The notes under the pieces were generated by a model, which saw only the letters and a program-made list of their open reading frames with translations, was not told the origin of the DNA and did not search any database. Shown here piece after piece: positions 38,668-47,400 of a DNA stretch of 64,000 nt (the first letter of the stretch is position 1; every line of letters starts with the position of its first letter). The stretch comes from an uncultured Clostridium sp. Its GTDB lineage: Bacteria > Bacillota > Clostridia > TANB77 > CAG-508. The stretch covers positions 3,517 to 67,516 of the forward strand of contig CAOKLQ010000004.1 in assembly GCA_948469315.1 (NCBI GenBank). Reading direction: 5' to 3'. The position numbers were made by a program, and so were the translations under genes.

Positions 38668-39141
38668 CTAATTAAAATATTTCCTATCTAAACTTCTATA
38701 TTGTATTGCTTCTGCTATATGTTTTGCTTCTATATTTTCTTTTTCATCTAAATCTGCTATTGTTCTTGCAACTTTTAAAATTCTATCATGTGCTCTGGCG
38801 CTTAGGTTTAGCTTTTCAAATGCACTTTTTAGTATTTTCTTTCCTGCTTCATCTAATTTGCAGTATTTTTGCGTAAGTTTTGGAGTTAGTTCTGAATTAG
38901 AAAATATTTTATGTTTTTTGTATCTATCTAATTGTATTTTTCTTGCTTTGTTTACTCTTTGTCTAATTTTACTTGAGCTTTCACTTTTAGTATCTGATTC
39001 TAATTTATTATATTTAACCCCTGATACTTCAACTTGAATATCTATTCTATCTAATAATGGGCCACTTATTTTTCCCATATATCTTGAAATGGTAGTTTCT
39101 GAACATGTGCACTCTTTACTATCAGATCCGATAATATCCAC
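38668..39141 (-). CDS. comM: ComM/YifB (Mg-chelatase-like AAA+) C-terminal part; joined by a +1 shift at CGG 39128-39130
   Basis: Skipping a C in TAT-CGG-A joins ...NPCPCGYY to [31 protein letters not shown]. Confidence 0.8.
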   Translation of the reverse strand: MDIIGSDSKECTCSETTISRYMGKISGPLLDRIDIQVEVSGVKYNKLESDTKSESSSKIRQRVNKARKIQLDRYKKHKIFSNSELTPKLTQKYCKLDEAGKKILKSAFEKLNLSARAHDRILKVARTIADLDEKENIEAKHIAEAIQYRSLDRKYFN

Positions 39142-39517
39142 AAGGACAAGGATTTAGTGATACAACTAGCATACAATTACATGGATATGTTAGGCTTGCA
39201 TTTACTCTTGAAATTGATATTTGCTTATCTTCTAAAGGTGTTCTCATTACTTCTAATGTATTTTTATTAAACTCTGTAAGTTCATCTAAAAATAATACTC
39301 CATAATGTGATAGACTTATTTCTCCTGGTTTTGGTATCCTACCTCCTCCTACTAATGATACAGAAGAAATTGTGTGATGCGGAGATCTAAATGGTCTTGA
39401 TACTATAAGTGGTGTATCATTTTTTAATAAACCTGCTATGCTATGTATTTTAGTTATTTCTAGTGCTTCTTCAAAACTTAAATTTGGAAGTATTGTTGGA
39501 ATTCTTCTTGCCATCAT
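39122..39517 (-). CDS. comM: ComM/YifB middle part; joined upstream by a +1 shift at CGG 39525-39527
   Basis: Skipping a C in TCA-CGG-A restores the Walker A motif [19 protein letters not shown]. Confidence 0.8.
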   Translation of the reverse strand: MMARRIPTILPNLSFEEALEITKIHSIAGLLKNDTPLIVSRPFRSPHHTISSVSLVGGGRIPKPGEISLSHYGVLFLDELTEFNKNTLEVMRTPLEDKQISISRVNASLTYPCNCMLVVSLNPCPCGYYRI

Positions 39518-40202
39518 TGTTTTTCCGTGATCCTGGTGAGCCTACAAGCATTACATTATGTGCTCCACTTGCTGCAACTTCTATTGCTCTTTTTACATTT
39601 TCTTGTCCTTTTACCTCCGAAAAATCTAATAGGTACTTACTCTCTATCTCAAATAAACTTTCTACATCTACATTTTCTGACTCAATTTTTATTTCTCCAT
39701 TTAATAGTTTTACAACTTGAGATAAATCGTTTGCTGGCAAGACTTCAATATCTCTTACTATTGCTGCTTCTTTTGCATTTTCTTTTGGGATTATAACTTT
39801 TTTTATTCCAAGTTTTGAAGCTTCTATACACATTGGTAAAACTCCATTTACTTTATTTAACTTACCATCTAAAGACAATTCTCCTATAAATATATAATTT
39901 GATAAATCTTTATCTATTATATTTTCCATAGCTTTTAAAATCCCTATTGCTATTGGCAAATCGAATAAAGAGCCTTCTTTTTTGGTATTTGCAGGTGATA
40001 AATTAACAATTATTTTTCTACTTTCAAAATTTAATCCTGAATTTTTTATTGCAGTTCTTACTCTATCTTTTGATTCTTTTACACTTATATCTGGCAAGCC
40101 TACTACATCAAAACTTGGCATTCCTGCTGAAACATCTACTTCTACATTTATTAAATATCCATCTAATCCATGTAGACCCATACTTTGCACTATTGATAAC
40201 AT
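39471..40202 (-). CDS. comM: ComM/YifB N-terminal part (Lon-protease-like domain)
   Basis: Translation is [25 protein letters not shown]...[10 protein letters not shown]. Start taken at ATG 40202, which follows AGGAGGG. Confidence 0.8.
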   Translation of the reverse strand: MLSIVQSMGLHGLDGYLINVEVDVSAGMPSFDVVGLPDISVKESKDRVRTAIKNSGLNFESRKIIVNLSPANTKKEGSLFDLPIAIGILKAMENIIDKDLSNYIFIGELSLDGKLNKVNGVLPMCIEASKLGIKKVIIPKENAKEAAIVRDIEVLPANDLSQVVKLLNGEIKIESENVDVESLFEIESKYLLDFSEVKGQENVKRAIEVAASGAHNVMLVGSPGSRKNNDGKKNSNNTSKFKF

Positions 40203-40212
40203 TTTCCCTCCT

Positions 40213-40295
40213 AAAAAACAAAGGAGCAACACATATTGCATGTAGTAGACAAAAGCCTATTACTACAATATGTTTTGCTCCCTATATAATTTTTT
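40213..40295. repeat. ~85-bp hairpin repeat, family C copy 1
   Basis: AAAAAACAAAGGAGCAACACATATTG...CAATATGTTTTGCTCCCTATA. On the minus strand it reads as a terminator (stem followed by CTTTGTTTTTT). Confidence 0.75.
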
Positions 40296-40360
40296 ATTAT
40301 ATTTTTTGCTTTTAAAATTACATAGCTAAATTCTATTTCAGACATCTGACTTATGACATC

Positions 40361-40651
40361 CTATTCCAGCTCTTTTATTTCCCCTTTAAATTCGCCTATT
40401 GGTACACTATCATAATATAAATTTTCTGGTGCTATATCTTCTCCGCTGCTCCACTCTAATGTATCTCCTCTTATTTTTAACTTCTTAAAATATTGTTTAT
40501 CTTTTAAATTATTATAAAACTTATTAGATTCTATTAAAGTCTTCATGTTATATATTTTTTCTTCATTATTTCCAAATTTTATATAAATACAATAATTTTC
40601 TAATATATTTATTTCTATAATATCTGGTGTTATATATTTTCTATCTTCCAC
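40361..40651 (-). CDS. DUF2442 domain protein
   Basis: 96-aa ORF. Size, position after a DUF4160 gene and general sequence pattern fit the known DUF4160/DUF2442 pairs. Confidence 0.65.
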   Translation of the reverse strand: MEDRKYITPDIIEINILENYCIYIKFGNNEEKIYNMKTLIESNKFYNNLKDKQYFKKLKIRGDTLEWSSGEDIAPENLYYDSVPIGEFKGEIKELE

Positions 40652-40671
40652 TAAAATTCCCCCTTTTTTAT

Positions 40672-40947
40672 TTATTTTAATGGTTCTATTTTAAAATATT
40701 TATTATCTTCTTGCATTACTTTCCATAATGTTTCTAACTCTTCTTTGTGTATTAATATCCAAGCTTCAATCATCTTTTCTTGCTTTACTGTCATAGTTCC
40801 TTCTAATTTATTTGCATTAAAATCATAAACTGCTTTATATTCATTATATCTAATATGTATATGCGGTACATGATGTTTTCCTATATTTTCTTCAAAGTAC
40901 ATAGTTACTACTATTCCATAAAACTGTGATATAATTGGCAAATCCAA
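40672..40947 (-). CDS. DUF4160 domain protein
   Basis: 91-aa ORF with ISQFYGIVVTMYFEENIGKHHVPHIHIRYNEYKAVYD, the typical DUF4160 N-terminal pattern. Confidence 0.7.
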   Translation of the reverse strand: MDLPIISQFYGIVVTMYFEENIGKHHVPHIHIRYNEYKAVYDFNANKLEGTMTVKQEKMIEAWILIHKEELETLWKVMQEDNKYFKIEPLK

Positions 40948-41008
40948 TCCTCCTTTATTATAACAAATTTAACTTATTAGTTGCAATAGATTTTTTTGTA
41001 TTTTTTAT

Positions 41009-41095
41009 AAAAAACAAAAGAGCAAGACATATTGTAGTAATAGAAAAAAACCTATTACTGCAATATGTTTTGCTCCCTATATTTATTTTTTATAT
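41009..41095. repeat. Family C copy 2 (direct repeat of 40213-40295)
   Basis: AAAAAACAAAAGAGCAAGACATATTG...CAATATGTTTTGCTCCCTATA. Together with copy 1 it brackets the two-gene cassette. Confidence 0.75.
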
Positions 41096-41204
41096 TTTTA
41101 TCATACTTTTTCTTAACTTTCAAGTATAATCGTTCGACATTTTTTGGCATTTTTTTCAATTGACAATTTAAATTTATATTTATATAATTTTAAAAGAATG
41201 TTTT

Positions 41205-42158
41205 ATGGAGGTTATAATAATGTCTTCTTACGAATTTGATTTTTATGATAAAACAAGCTTAAAATCTTATAATTTAACATCTAGTATGAGATATCAGCTT
41301 TCTATGTTAGATAAATTAGATGTTTTTACTAAAAAACACTGTGAAAATGTTGCAAGTATAGTTTGTAGAATATGTGAATATTTACATTTAAATAAAAACT
41401 TCACTTCTTATTGCACTATTTGTGCATATTTACATGATATTGGAAAATTATTTATTCCTCCAAAAATTTTACAAAAACCAGGTAAGCTTACAGATGAAGA
41501 ATATGAAATTATAAAAACACATACTTTAATTGGTTATAAAATGTGTATGGATGATTTGCAATTAAGACCTTATGCACTAGGTGCTAAATACCATCATGAA
41601 TGTTTAGATGGAAGTGGATATCCTGAAGGGTTACAAGGAAAACAAATTCCTTTAGAAGATCAAATTATAAAAGTTGCAGATGAATATGATGCAATTGTTT
41701 CTAAACGTCAATACAAAACACATGTTAATATATCTGATACTTTGAAAATATTAATAAAAGAAGCTCAGCCTTCAAATAAAGAAATTGCATTAGATAATGC
41801 AGCAAGTCGTGCAAAAGTTGGAAAGCTTAATAAAAAGGTTGTAAAAACTTTATTTAAAGTTGTTATTGAAGACACTGAGTATGAAATTAGTTGTTTAACT
41901 GGATATTTAGATTTTTTAAAAGAACAAATTAAAAGATTAAATACTATTTTGGATTATGAAATAAAAATGAATAATGCTACTAATGAAAAAAAGAAAAATT
42001 ACTTTAAAGAAGGTATGAAACTTCTATTTTCTGAAGGTGAAAATTACGATAATTATCAGACAGTTCTTGAAGAATATAAAACTGCATTAAAAGAAAGACA
42101 AAAGATTATAGATGATTTATATAATGAAATCAAAATTATTAAAAAATTAAAGGTATAA
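41205..42158 (+). CDS. HD-GYP domain phosphohydrolase (putative c-di-GMP phosphodiesterase)
   Basis: 317-aa ORF with YLHDIGK (HD) and KYHHECLDGSGYPEGL (HHExxDGxGYP). Confidence 0.8.
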   Translation: MEVIIMSSYEFDFYDKTSLKSYNLTSSMRYQLSMLDKLDVFTKKHCENVASIVCRICEYLHLNKNFTSYCTICAYLHDIGKLFIPPKILQKPGKLTDEEYEIIKTHTLIGYKMCMDDLQLRPYALGAKYHHECLDGSGYPEGLQGKQIPLEDQIIKVADEYDAIVSKRQYKTHVNISDTLKILIKEAQPSNKEIALDNAASRAKVGKLNKKVVKTLFKVVIEDTEYEISCLTGYLDFLKEQIKRLNTILDYEIKMNNATNEKKKNYFKEGMKLLFSEGENYDNYQTVLEEYKTALKERQKIIDDLYNEIKIIKKLKV

Positions 42159-42166
42159 ATATTTTA

Positions 42167-42194
42167 TAGGGACATAGCACGCTATGTCCCTACA
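42167..42194 (-). repeat. REP-like GC-rich palindrome with GTAGG head
   Basis: TAGGGACATAGC-AC-GCTATGTCCCTA is a perfect 12-bp stem. No flanking T run on either strand. Confidence 0.6.
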
Positions 42195-42215
42195 AAAATA
42201 TTTATTTAATTTAAA

Positions 42216-42576
42216 TTATTCCTCTAACCCAAAGCTTACTCCTAAAGCATTATTTATTTTATCTATAACACTATTATCTTCTATATGACCTATTTTTTCT
42301 TTTAATCTACTTTTATCTATTGTTCTAATTTGCTCTGTTAGTATTATTGAATCTGATTTTAGCCCGACTGCTTACTGAATCTATTTCTATATGTGTTGGG
42401 AGTTTATTTTTTGTTTTTTGGGATGTTATAGCAGCTGCAATTACTGTTGGACTATATTTATTTCCCATATCATTTTGAATTATTAATACTGGTCTTACTC
42501 CACCTTGTTCTGAACCTACTACAGGGCTTAAATCTGCATAGAACATATCTCCTCTTTTTATTATCATTTTCTTCAC
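42216..42576 (-). CDS. mazF: MazF/PemK (EndoA-like) endoribonuclease toxin; needs a +1 shift at CGG 42364-42366
   Basis: [31 protein letters not shown]...[10 protein letters not shown] then CGG. Skipping the C continues [49 protein letters not shown]. Confidence 0.8.
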
Positions 42577-42656
42577 TCCCGCAATTAAAATATTTAAAAC
42601 AAATTTTTAAAATATTTTAAATATTAGTTCGAGATAAAGAATTGTTATATTTTAGT

Positions 42657-43277
42657 TTATATTTTTAATTCTATCTCATTATATACTATGTAAACTTTTA
42701 ATTTTTGGTTAATATCTTCTATCTTCATTTTTGTAGGTTTTCCTGTTTTTTTATCTATATATAGTATTTTATTTACTAAGTATTTATTATTTTTCTTTAT
42801 TTTTGTTTTCATTATTATTTGACTATCTTTTTCTTCTATTTTTGATTCTTCTGATTCTTTATAATTTTTAACAAATGTATTTAAAAATAAATGATTCTCT
42901 GTAATATAATTATAATTTTCGTATATTTTTGTAAGGTTTAATTTTGTATTGTTTATACTTAAATTACTTCCATCATTTGTTATTGTTAATCCTTCAATAT
43001 TACTTGGCTCTAGTACTACTTGTTTTGCTATGTTAGGACTTGTATATTGTTGATCTAAAATATATTTATTTTCATTTTTATTACTATTTATTGTAACTTC
43101 TATTTTAGCATTATATGAATTAATATTTAAAATATTTTGGGAAATTTCATCTTTTGAATTTCCAATATTAGTATTTCCAAAACTTGATTTTTTATAATTA
43201 TTTTTTGTAAAAATTATAGCTACAATTATAATTATTATGATAATTGCAAATATAAAATATTTTTTGCTCTTTTTCAT
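42657..43277 (-). CDS. Hypothetical membrane-anchored protein (possibly YdcC/LolA-like)
   Basis: 206-aa ORF with an N-terminal hydrophobic anchor. A position upstream of mazF is reminiscent of the B. subtilis ydcC neighbourhood. The call is weak. Confidence 0.45.
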   Translation of the reverse strand: MKKSKKYFIFAIIIIIIIVAIIFTKNNYKKSSFGNTNIGNSKDEISQNILNINSYNAKIEVTINSNKNENKYILDQQYTSPNIAKQVVLEPSNIEGLTITNDGSNLSINNTKLNLTKIYENYNYITENHLFLNTFVKNYKESEESKIEEKDSQIIMKTKIKKNNKYLVNKILYIDKKTGKPTKMKIEDINQKLKVYIVYNEIELKI

Positions 43278-43296
43278 TTTTACCTCCTATTATTTT

Positions 43297-43375
43297 AAAC
43301 GGACAAACGCAAGGCTTGCCCCTACAGGTATAAATTTTATTTTATATATGTAGAGGTAAACCCTTGCGTCTACTC
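43297..43375. repeat. Inverted doublet of REP-like elements (REPIN-like)
   Basis: ACGCAAGGCTTGCCCCTACA (43307-43326) and TGTAGAGGTAAACCCTTGCGT (43349-43369) face each other across an AT-rich 22-nt spacer. Confidence 0.6.
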
Positions 43376-43392
43376 TTTTTATTCATTTATAT

Positions 43393-43851
43393 TCACAATT
43401 TTTTAAAATATTCTGTTAATTCATTTATTATCTCTTGCTTTGTTTCTAATGTATTTATCTTTTGCCTCATTTGACTTGAATCTTTTAGATTTTTTATATA
43501 CCAACTTAGCTGTTTTCTCATTTCTCTTATACCTATGTATTCTCCTTTTTGCTCTATTTCCATTTTTAAATGCCTTTTTATCATATTTAGTTTTTCTTCT
43601 AATGTAGGCTCATTTAGCTTTTCTCCTGTTTTTAGATAATGTGTTATTTGTTTAAAAATCCAGGGATTTCCAAAAGATGCTCTTCCTATCATTATTCCAT
43701 CTACCCCAGTATACTCAAACATTTCTTTTGCTGATATCTCATCTACAATATCTCCATTTCCTATAACAGGAATATTTACTGCTTGTTTTACCTTTTTTAT
43801 TATATCTAAATCTACTTTTCCGTGAGTAAAAATCTGCTCTTGTTCTTCCAT
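43393..43851 (-). CDS. dusB: tRNA-dihydrouridine synthase, C-terminal part; joined by a +1 shift at CGG 43820-43822
   Basis: Skipping a C in TCA-CGG-A joins ...HGRTRADFYS to GKVDLDIIKKVKQAVNIPVIGNGDI. Confidence 0.85.
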   Translation of the reverse strand: MEEQEQIFTHGKVDLDIIKKVKQAVNIPVIGNGDIVDEISAKEMFEYTGVDGIMIGRASFGNPWIFKQITHYLKTGEKLNEPTLEEKLNMIKRHLKMEIEQKGEYIGIREMRKQLSWYIKNLKDSSQMRQKINTLETKQEIINELTEYFKKL

Positions 43852-44368
43852 GTATAACTAAGCTTGACGCTCCTGCACCTTCAAATATTTTAGCAGCTTC
43901 TACTGCAATAACATTTTGGTTATTCCAACCTTTCCTAAATTTAACTGTTACTGGCCTTTTAGATGCTTTAACAACAGTTTCTACTATTTTTCCTGCCAAA
44001 TCTAAATTTAATAATAATTTGCTTCCATCTCCATTTTTTACAACCTTAGGTGCTGGACACCCCATATTTATATCTATTATATTAGTATATTTGCTTACAT
44101 ATTTGCTAGCATATTCTATAGCTTCTAAATCACTTCCAAATAATTGTATAGATATTGGCTTTTGCTCATTTTCTGTATCTAATAATTTTTTTGTTTTTTC
44201 ATCATTATAAAATATTGCTTTACTACTTACCATTTCTGTTGTGGCAAGCCCTGCACCTTGCTCTTTACACAAAATTCTAAATGGCAGGTCTGTAATACCT
44301 GCCATTGGTGCTAATATTATATTATTTTCTAATTCTACGTTTCCTATTTTTAATTTTTTTAAATACAT
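43739..44368 (-). CDS. dusB: tRNA-dihydrouridine synthase, N-terminal part
   Basis: Contains LAPMAGITDLPFRILC and IDINMGCPAPKV, the TIM-barrel Dus motifs. Confidence 0.85.
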   Translation of the reverse strand: MYLKKLKIGNVELENNIILAPMAGITDLPFRILCKEQGAGLATTEMVSSKAIFYNDEKTKKLLDTENEQKPISIQLFGSDLEAIEYASKYVSKYTNIIDINMGCPAPKVVKNGDGSKLLLNLDLAGKIVETVVKASKRPVTVKFRKGWNNQNVIAVEAAKIFEGAGASSLVIHGRTRADFYSRKSRFRYNKKGKTSSKYSCYRKWRYCR

Positions 44369-44616
44369 TTTGTTTTTCCTTATTAATTATTATATTTACA
44401 AACAAAATAATAATAATTTTTGAAAAATTTTGATTGAAGGTAATTGAATTAAAAATTGTTGAAGGTATTTTAGGGAAAATGTTCAATTTTACATTGAAAG
44501 GGTGCCCTAAAATTCAATTACAATTTCTTATGAGATTAGCCTGAACGATGAATTTTGAAAAAATTCATTATTATTTTGTATTTTATATTATAAAATAAAT
44601 TATAGCCTTTAGTATT

Positions 44617-45724
44617 CTATTCAATAAATATAGATTTTTGTCTTCTTCCACTAATATTCATTAAAATTGCAAGCAAAATAAAATTAGTTAAAAGCGAGCT
44701 TCCGCCGTAGCTTACAAATGGAAGTGGTACTCCTGTAATTGGTAATAATCCCATTGTCATTCCTATGTTTTCTATCATATGAAATAAGAATATTCCTGCT
44801 ATTCCCATTGCAATATATGTTCCCAAATCATCTTTTGCAGTTTTTGCTATATATACTGCTTTTGTAATTAAAACTACATATGTTATAATAACTGCTCCTG
44901 CTATTATAAATCCCATTTCTTCGCTTATTACAGAAAATATAAAGTCTGTAGTTTTTGGATATAAAAATCCTAATTGTGTTTGATTTCCTTTTAATATTCC
45001 CATTCCAAATAACTTTCCTGCTCCAATTGCAAGTTTTGATTGAATTATATTATAACCTGATCCTCTTGCATCTGATTCTGGATTCAAAAATACCTGTATT
45101 CTAGATTTAGCATGTGTTGGTAGTACAAAATTATATAAAATTGGCAATGCAACTAAAATTACTATCATTGTTCCAATTATATATTTCTTATCTAAACCTG
45201 CTATTAATAATATTAATGCTGTTGCAACTAAAAATGCCATTTCTGTTCCATAGTCTGGCTGTTTTATTATTAATAATACTGGAACTACAACTATTGATAA
45301 ACATGATATTAATTTTACTGGTGCATTTATTTCGTTTTGGTCTTTTTCTTGAATTCTACATATTACAGTTGCCATTAATAATATAACACATATTTTTGCA
45401 AATTCTGCTGGTTGAAATGTAAATACTTTTAAATCAAACCAACTACTAGCTCCATTTATAGGTTTTGTAAATAAAACCGCTATTAGCAAAATTATACTTA
45501 TTCCGATAAAAAATAGGAGAAAATTTCGATATTACCTCATAATCTATAAAAATTATTGCAAATACCATTGGTATACAAATTATAAACCAAATTAATTGTT
45601 TTTGCAGACTATCAAAACCACTATCATGTGTTGCTGAAAATAATGCTATTGTTCCTACCACACATAGTATTATAGCACATATAAAAATTCCCCAATCTAT
45701 ATTTTTTAGAATTCTTCTTTTCAT
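44617..45724 (-). CDS. rodA: FtsW/RodA/SpoVE family peptidoglycan polymerase; needs a +1 shift at CGG 45503-45505
   Basis: Two track ORFs. Skipping a C in TAT-CGG-A joins ...SKFSPIFY to GISIILLIAVLFTKPINGASSWFD. The order minD-minE-rodA is typical of Clostridia. Confidence 0.8.
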
Positions 45725-45752
45725 TGTATACCTCTATTCTTTTGAACCTACA

Positions 45753-46415
45753 TTAATTTTGCATATTTTGATTTGGATTATTATTTGATGTATTTCCATT
45801 TGATGATTGTATTTGATTTAGCTCATCGTTAGAATTTGTTTGTATATCATTTAATATATTTTCTTCTGATTGCTTTGTGCTTTGTTCACTATTAGACGAA
45901 TCTATATTATTTGAATTATTTTCATTTTGTGTTTGTATTATATTTTGGTTATTATTTTCTATATTGTTTGACGTATTTTCGTTTGATGATTTTAATTCGC
46001 TCGTATTGTCTAGAACATCGACATCTACTTTGCTTGACATATCCTCATTTGATGGTTGTGTTTGGTTCTGACCTATGGAATCGCCCACCCCTACATTATT
46101 TAATGTTTTTTGATTTTCTTCCTTTATATTTACTATTGGTATATTTGCATATAATGCAGGTGCGCCTTTGCTTCCATCATCATTTTCTTGATTAGTTAAA
46201 CGTACATCTATCTGATTTTCATCAACATCTATATATTTTTTAATTACTTCTATTATTTCTTGTTTCATCATTTCTAAAAAGTCTGCTGAAACATTTGCTC
46301 TGTCTTGCATTAACACTAGATGTAATCTTTCTTTTGCTTCTTTTCCTGAATTATCTTCTTTAGGACTTTCTATCTTAAATAATTTTTTAAAAAAATTGTT
46401 TATATTTTCAAACAT
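45753..46415 (-). CDS. minE: Cell division topological specificity factor MinE with a long N/S/Q-rich C-terminal extension
   Basis: The N-terminal ~95 aa are MinE-like (KERLHLVLMQDRANVS...IDVDENQIDVRL). The remaining ~125 aa are low complexity. Confidence 0.8.
   Translation of the reverse strand: MFENINNFFKKLFKIESPKEDNSGKEAKERLHLVLMQDRANVSADFLEMMKQEIIEVIKKYIDVDENQIDVRLTNQENDDGSKGAPALYANIPIVNIKEENQKTLNNVGVGDSIGQNQTQPSNEDMSSKVDVDVLDNTSELKSSNENTSNNIENNNQNIIQTQNENNSNNIDSSNSEQSTKQSEENILNDIQTNSNDELNQIQSSNGNTSNNNPNQNMQN
46077..46095 (-). repeat. Short REP-like head sequence, in frame inside the minE tail
   Basis: Minus-strand reading is TGTAGGGGTGGGCGATTCC, encoding NVGVGDS. It shares GTAGGGGT and GGGCGAYTC with the cgs copy. 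Confidence 0.4.
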
Positions 46416-46437
46416 TTTTAACCTCCGATATTTGCTA

Positions 46438-47232
46438 TTATTTTATTTTAAATACTCTTTTTATTGATTCTAGAAAGCCTTTTTCTCTTCCAGGTACACT
46501 TACTTCTATTCTTTCTCCTTTTATTCTTTTTGCTGTTTCAACATATGCTTTTGCTGATGGTGCCTTTTTATTTGAAATTACTGGTTCTCCTTTATTTGTT
46601 TGTGTAATTATGTATTCATCATCTGGCACAACACCAACAAGTTCAATTGATAATAAATCTACTATATCATCAACATCCATCATTTTTCCATGTCTTACCA
46701 TTTCAGGTCTTAATCTATTTATTATAAGTTGAGGATTTTTTATCTCTGATGATTCCAATAGTCCTATTATTCTATCAGCATCTCTTATTGCAGATATTTC
46801 GGCCATTGTAACAACAATTGCTCTATCTGCTCCTACTGTTGCATTTTTAAATCCTTGCTCAATTCCTGCTGGGCAATCTATAAGTACATAATCAAACTCT
46901 TCTTTTAAATTTGATACAAGTGCTTTCATTTGATCCTCATTTATTGCACTTTTATCTCTTGTTTGAGCAGCTGGAAGTAAAAATAATTCTTTAAATCTTT
47001 TATCTTTAATTAAGGCTTGTCTTAATTTACATTTGCCTTCAACAACGTCTACTATGTCGTATACAATTCTATTTTCAAGCCCCATAACAACATCCAAATT
47101 ACGAAGCCCTATATCTGTATCTACAAGTACTACTTTTTTTCCTTCTAATGCTAATGCTGAACCTAAATTTGCTGTTGTTGTCGTTTTTCCTACTCCACCT
47201 TTACCAGATGTAATTACTATAACTTCTCCCAT
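46438..47232 (-). CDS. minD: Septum site-determining ATPase MinD
   Basis: Deviant Walker A motif SGKGGVGKTT. Start moved to ATG 47232, which follows GAGGAGG. Confidence 0.92.
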   Translation of the reverse strand: MGEVIVITSGKGGVGKTTTTANLGSALALEGKKVVLVDTDIGLRNLDVVMGLENRIVYDIVDVVEGKCKLRQALIKDKRFKELFLLPAAQTRDKSAINEDQMKALVSNLKEEFDYVLIDCPAGIEQGFKNATVGADRAIVVTMAEISAIRDADRIIGLLESSEIKNPQLIINRLRPEMVRHGKMMDVDDIVDLLSIELVGVVPDDEYIITQTNKGEPVISNKKAPSAKAYVETAKRIKGERIEVSVPGREKGFLESIKRVFKIK

Positions 47233-47326
47233 ATATTTTCCTCCTCTTATGGCTTTTCCATAATTTTCTTTAATATAATATATGAATTTGGGCAAAAAGT
47301 CAATGTTTTGTTGTGTGTTTTTATGT

Positions 47327-47360
47327 AAAATCCCTAAGCCAAAAATTGCTTAGGGATTTT
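47327..47360. terminator. Bidirectional terminator at the left edge of the island
   Basis: AAAATCCCTAAGC-caaaaatt-GCTTAGGGATTTT. A second hairpin TAATAAGG...CCTTATTA follows at 47363-47391. Confidence 0.7.
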
Positions 47361-47400
47361 ATTAATAAGGTTTAAAACTTTCGCCTTATTAAGTGTCATT

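Noticed and set aside
40213-41095. Family C hairpins as integron attC sites
   Set aside because: I could not recognise R''/R' core sites (RYYYAAC/GTTRRRY). No intI gene is present. The hairpins carry a T run typical of terminators.
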